In this document: piece after piece, positions 15,596 through 17,780 of the stretch
Layout: the number at the start of each line of letters is the position of its first letter
How positions within the stretch are numbered: the first letter of the stretch is position 1
Source: Candidatus Velthaea sp.
Lineage (GTDB): Bacteria > Vulcanimicrobiota > Vulcanimicrobiia > Vulcanimicrobiales > Vulcanimicrobiaceae
Assembly (NCBI GenBank): GCA_965214935.1
Contig: CBDCCS010000026.1
Coordinates: 1-17,780 of the forward strand
Direction: 5' to 3'
DNA: 17,780 nucleotides
Program-made: the position numbers and the translations under genes
The notes under the pieces: model-generated
The model's database searches: none
The model's input: only the letters and a program-made list of their open reading frames with translations
Told to the model about the DNA's origin: nothing

Positions 15596-15622
15596 ACCGC
15601 GTTGGGACGCAAGTTAGGAAGT

Positions 15623-16780
15623 ATGCCGATTCTCTGGCTCGTGGTTGTGGTTCAAATCGTGTTGGGGCTACGAGTGTTGATTCGAATGCTGCGCTCGGCC
15701 AACGGCACGCACATCACGGTCGATCCGCACCTCCGCACGCCGGCCGGTGCGATAGCGGTGATCGTGCCGGTGCTCAACGAATTCGGACGGCTCGGCAGTT
15801 GTCTGGAAAAGCTCATCGCCTGCGGTCCGCACGTCGGGGAGATTCTCATCGTCGACGGTGGCTCGACCGACGGCACCCAGAAGATCATCGCTTCGTTCGC
15901 TCAAAGCGACCCCCGGGTGCGCGGCGTCGATGCTGCGCCGACGCCGGCCGATTGGAACGGCAAAGCGTGGGGACTCGAGTGTGGACTGCGAGCGGCATCG
16001 CCCGCGGCGGCATGGGTCGCCACCATCGACGCCGACGTGCGGATTCGGCCGGCGCTTTTGGCAGCGATGGTCGATCGGGCACAGCGCAGCGATGCGGCGG
16101 CGATCAGCGTCGCCACCAAACAAGAACTCGGCGACGAAGCGTCCGGAATCGTCCATCCCGCGATGCTCACGACTTTGGTCTACCGTTACGGCTTGCCGGG
16201 CAACACCGGCACCAATCCGAGCCGAGTGCAAGCCAATGGTCAATGTTTTATCGCGCAACGCGACGTGCTCGTGGCAACGAAGGCCTTCGCCCGGGCCCGC
16301 GCTTCGGTGTGCGAAGACGTGAGTGTGGCCCGCATCCTGGCGCGCGCCGGACATCGCGTCGGCTTCTTCGAAGCCGGCGATTTAGTGGTGGTGCGCATGT
16401 ACGAAACCTGGCGTGAGACATGGGAGAATTGGCCGCGTTCGCTCACGCTGCGCGACGGCGTGGCGGGCGCCGAAACGGTTCTTGGTTTAGCCGAAATCGT
16501 ATTCGTTCAAGCCTTACCCCTGCTGCTGTGCGTCGTGCTGGCGGTAGCGGGGTACACGACGCCGGCAGCCGGCGCGCTCTTCGACGTCAATATCTTCTTA
16601 CTCATGACCCGATTCGGCGTTCTCGCCGGAACGCGGCGCGCATATCGGAACCCAAGTTGGACATATTGGCTCTCAGTGTGTGTCGATCTGCCGGTGGCAG
16701 CGGCATTGATCACTAGCGCGCTGCGACGCCGGCACACCTGGCGCGGCCGCACGCTCGTCATGTCGGAACGGATTACGTGA
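15623..16780 (+). CDS. cruG: Glycosyltransferase family 2, CruG/CruC-like carotenoid glycosyltransferase
   Basis: VIVPVLNE, IVDGGSTDGT, P..WNGK, IDAD (DxD), ANGQC, CEDV, VRMY, W..W.RS and C-terminal WRGR. Coupled to cruF by a GTGA overlap. Start placed at ATG 15623, where the N-terminal TM begins. Confidence 0.8.
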   Translation: MPILWLVVVVQIVLGLRVLIRMLRSANGTHITVDPHLRTPAGAIAVIVPVLNEFGRLGSCLEKLIACGPHVGEILIVDGGSTDGTQKIIASFAQSDPRVRGVDAAPTPADWNGKAWGLECGLRAASPAAAWVATIDADVRIRPALLAAMVDRAQRSDAAAISVATKQELGDEASGIVHPAMLTTLVYRYGLPGNTGTNPSRVQANGQCFIAQRDVLVATKAFARARASVCEDVSVARILARAGHRVGFFEAGDLVVVRMYETWRETWENWPRSLTLRDGVAGAETVLGLAEIVFVQALPLLLCVVLAVAGYTTPAAGALFDVNIFLLMTRFGVLAGTRRAYRNPSWTYWLSVCVDLPVAAALITSALRRRHTWRGRTLVMSERIT

Positions 16781-17622
16781 ATCGTCTGAGTTGGGGTTTG
16801 GTGGCGCTGCACGGACTAGCGCTGCTGCTGGGACTATTTGGATTACTCGTCGCGATTCCGCACCCTGAAATGTGGGCCGGTCATCCGGCCGACATGGCGT
16901 TTTTCGCCTTCGCCATCAATAAAACAGGCGGCGCCGGCATGGTGTTGGGGGCGCTTGCGATGCTGGCGTTTGGTTTTGCCCGGCTCGGTGCACGGCGGAC
17001 GCTCATCTTCTTCTTCGCGTCATGTTTGATCTCAGCGAGCGCGGAGTTGACCGGAACCAAGACGGGCTGGCCGTTCGGGGGCTACGAGTACACCAACTTC
17101 CTGGGGTACAAACTGCTCGGCCGCGTGCCGTTTCCGATACCGCTGTCATGGTTTTATATGGGTTTTGCTTCACTGCTGCTGGCCGATGCCATCGCCGTAG
17201 CGCGCGGTTGGGCCAATCGCACCGCGGCGTCGATCCTGCTCGGCGCCTATTTGCTAACGGCTTGGGATCTCGTGCTCGACCCGTCGATGGCGGCACCGCA
17301 GTTGCAGTACATTCACTTTTGGATTTGGCACGAGCACGGGCCGTATTTCGGCATGCCGCTGCGCAATCTCATCGGCTGGTTCGGCACCGGTCTGGTCTTC
17401 ATCGCGGCCGGACGTTTACTATGGCGCGAGAACGCCGCTCCGGCGGTCGCCCCCTGGCTGCCGTTCGCGGTCTACGCGATCAACGTGGTATGGTCGATGG
17501 TGCTGAGCTTATCGGCCGGCATGTGGCCGACGGCGCTGGCGGCCGTCGTGTTTAGCCTCGTTCCGGCGCTGCTCGCGGTGGTGCCCGTGACGACGGCGCG
17601 TAACGAGCGTTTCGCGACCTGA
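16777..17622 (+). CDS. cruF: CruF-family carotenoid 1,2-hydratase / 1'-hydroxylase
   Basis: E..G..TGWPFG.Y.Y, VP..IPLSW, WDLVLDP and G.P..N..GW motifs of the carotenoid biosynthesis membrane protein family; polytopic membrane protein. Confidence 0.87.
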   Translation: MNRLSWGLVALHGLALLLGLFGLLVAIPHPEMWAGHPADMAFFAFAINKTGGAGMVLGALAMLAFGFARLGARRTLIFFFASCLISASAELTGTKTGWPFGGYEYTNFLGYKLLGRVPFPIPLSWFYMGFASLLLADAIAVARGWANRTAASILLGAYLLTAWDLVLDPSMAAPQLQYIHFWIWHEHGPYFGMPLRNLIGWFGTGLVFIAAGRLLWRENAAPAVAPWLPFAVYAINVVWSMVLSLSAGMWPTALAAVVFSLVPALLAVVPVTTARNERFAT

Positions 17623-17780
17623 TTGAAGCGCTATCCGCCGCTCGGCCAACTTGGTCCGTGGGCGATTTCCGCCTGGGGTCTGCGGACCCAAACGCGCAGC
17701 GTCGTTGTCGAAGGCCGCGAAAACATACCGGCTACCGGGCCGGTTCTACTGGTTGCCCGTCACTTCCATCATCTGCTCGA
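17623..17780 (+). CDS. PlsC/LPLAT-family acyltransferase, 3'-partial (absent from the ORF track)
   Basis: A TTG immediately after the cruF TGA opens a frame to the window end: MKRYPPLGQLGPWAISAWGLRTQTRSVVVEGRENIPATGPVLLVARHFHHLL(D/E). This matches the V.G.ENIP..GPVLLV..H...D block I of PlsC-type enzymes. Confidence 0.8.
   Translation, partial: MKRYPPLGQLGPWAISAWGLRTQTRSVVVEGRENIPATGPVLLVARHFHHLL

Noticed and set aside
15405..15622. LexA/SOS box upstream of recQ
   Set aside because: No GAAC-N4-GTTC or CTGT-N8-ACAG match was found by eye.
15521..15622. N-terminal extensions in the ORF track (GT2 from 15521, wza from 7580, kinase-like from 4403, transferase from 6450, SDR from 3604)
   Set aside because: They overlap neighbouring genes or regulatory DNA and precede the family-typical N-termini. 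Downstream starts fit RBS position or gene spacing better.

Overview
Bacterial chromosomal window of about 17.8 kb, GC-rich and diderm-type. The style of the TonB-dependent receptor and the many TTG/GTG starts suggest Vulcanimicrobiota/Eremiobacterota, but that is inference only. The left part (1-7511) is a surface-polysaccharide locus. A 5'-truncated acyltransferase-3 gene (+) converges on a six-gene minus-strand operon: OPX/Wza exporter, small priming phosphoglycosyl transferase, GumC/PCP co-polymerase, stand-alone BY-kinase-like ATPase, UXS-like SDR protein and O-antigen ligase/Wzy-like protein. Two of these look degenerate: the SDR has lost its catalytic residues and the kinase has no tyrosine cluster. 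A roughly 600-bp intergenic region follows (7512-8120). It contains overlapping extended -10 elements on both strands and a dense set of hairpins plus a ~207-nt imperfect rod, making it a candidate unannotated structured RNA. The right part holds a divergent TAG-family glycosylase, an OmpR-family two-component pair, a TonB-dependent receptor coupled to recQ, and a divergently transcribed carotenoid-modification operon (CruG-like GT2, cruF, and a PlsC-family acyltransferase running off the right edge). No tRNA, rRNA, CRISPR array or transposase was seen.
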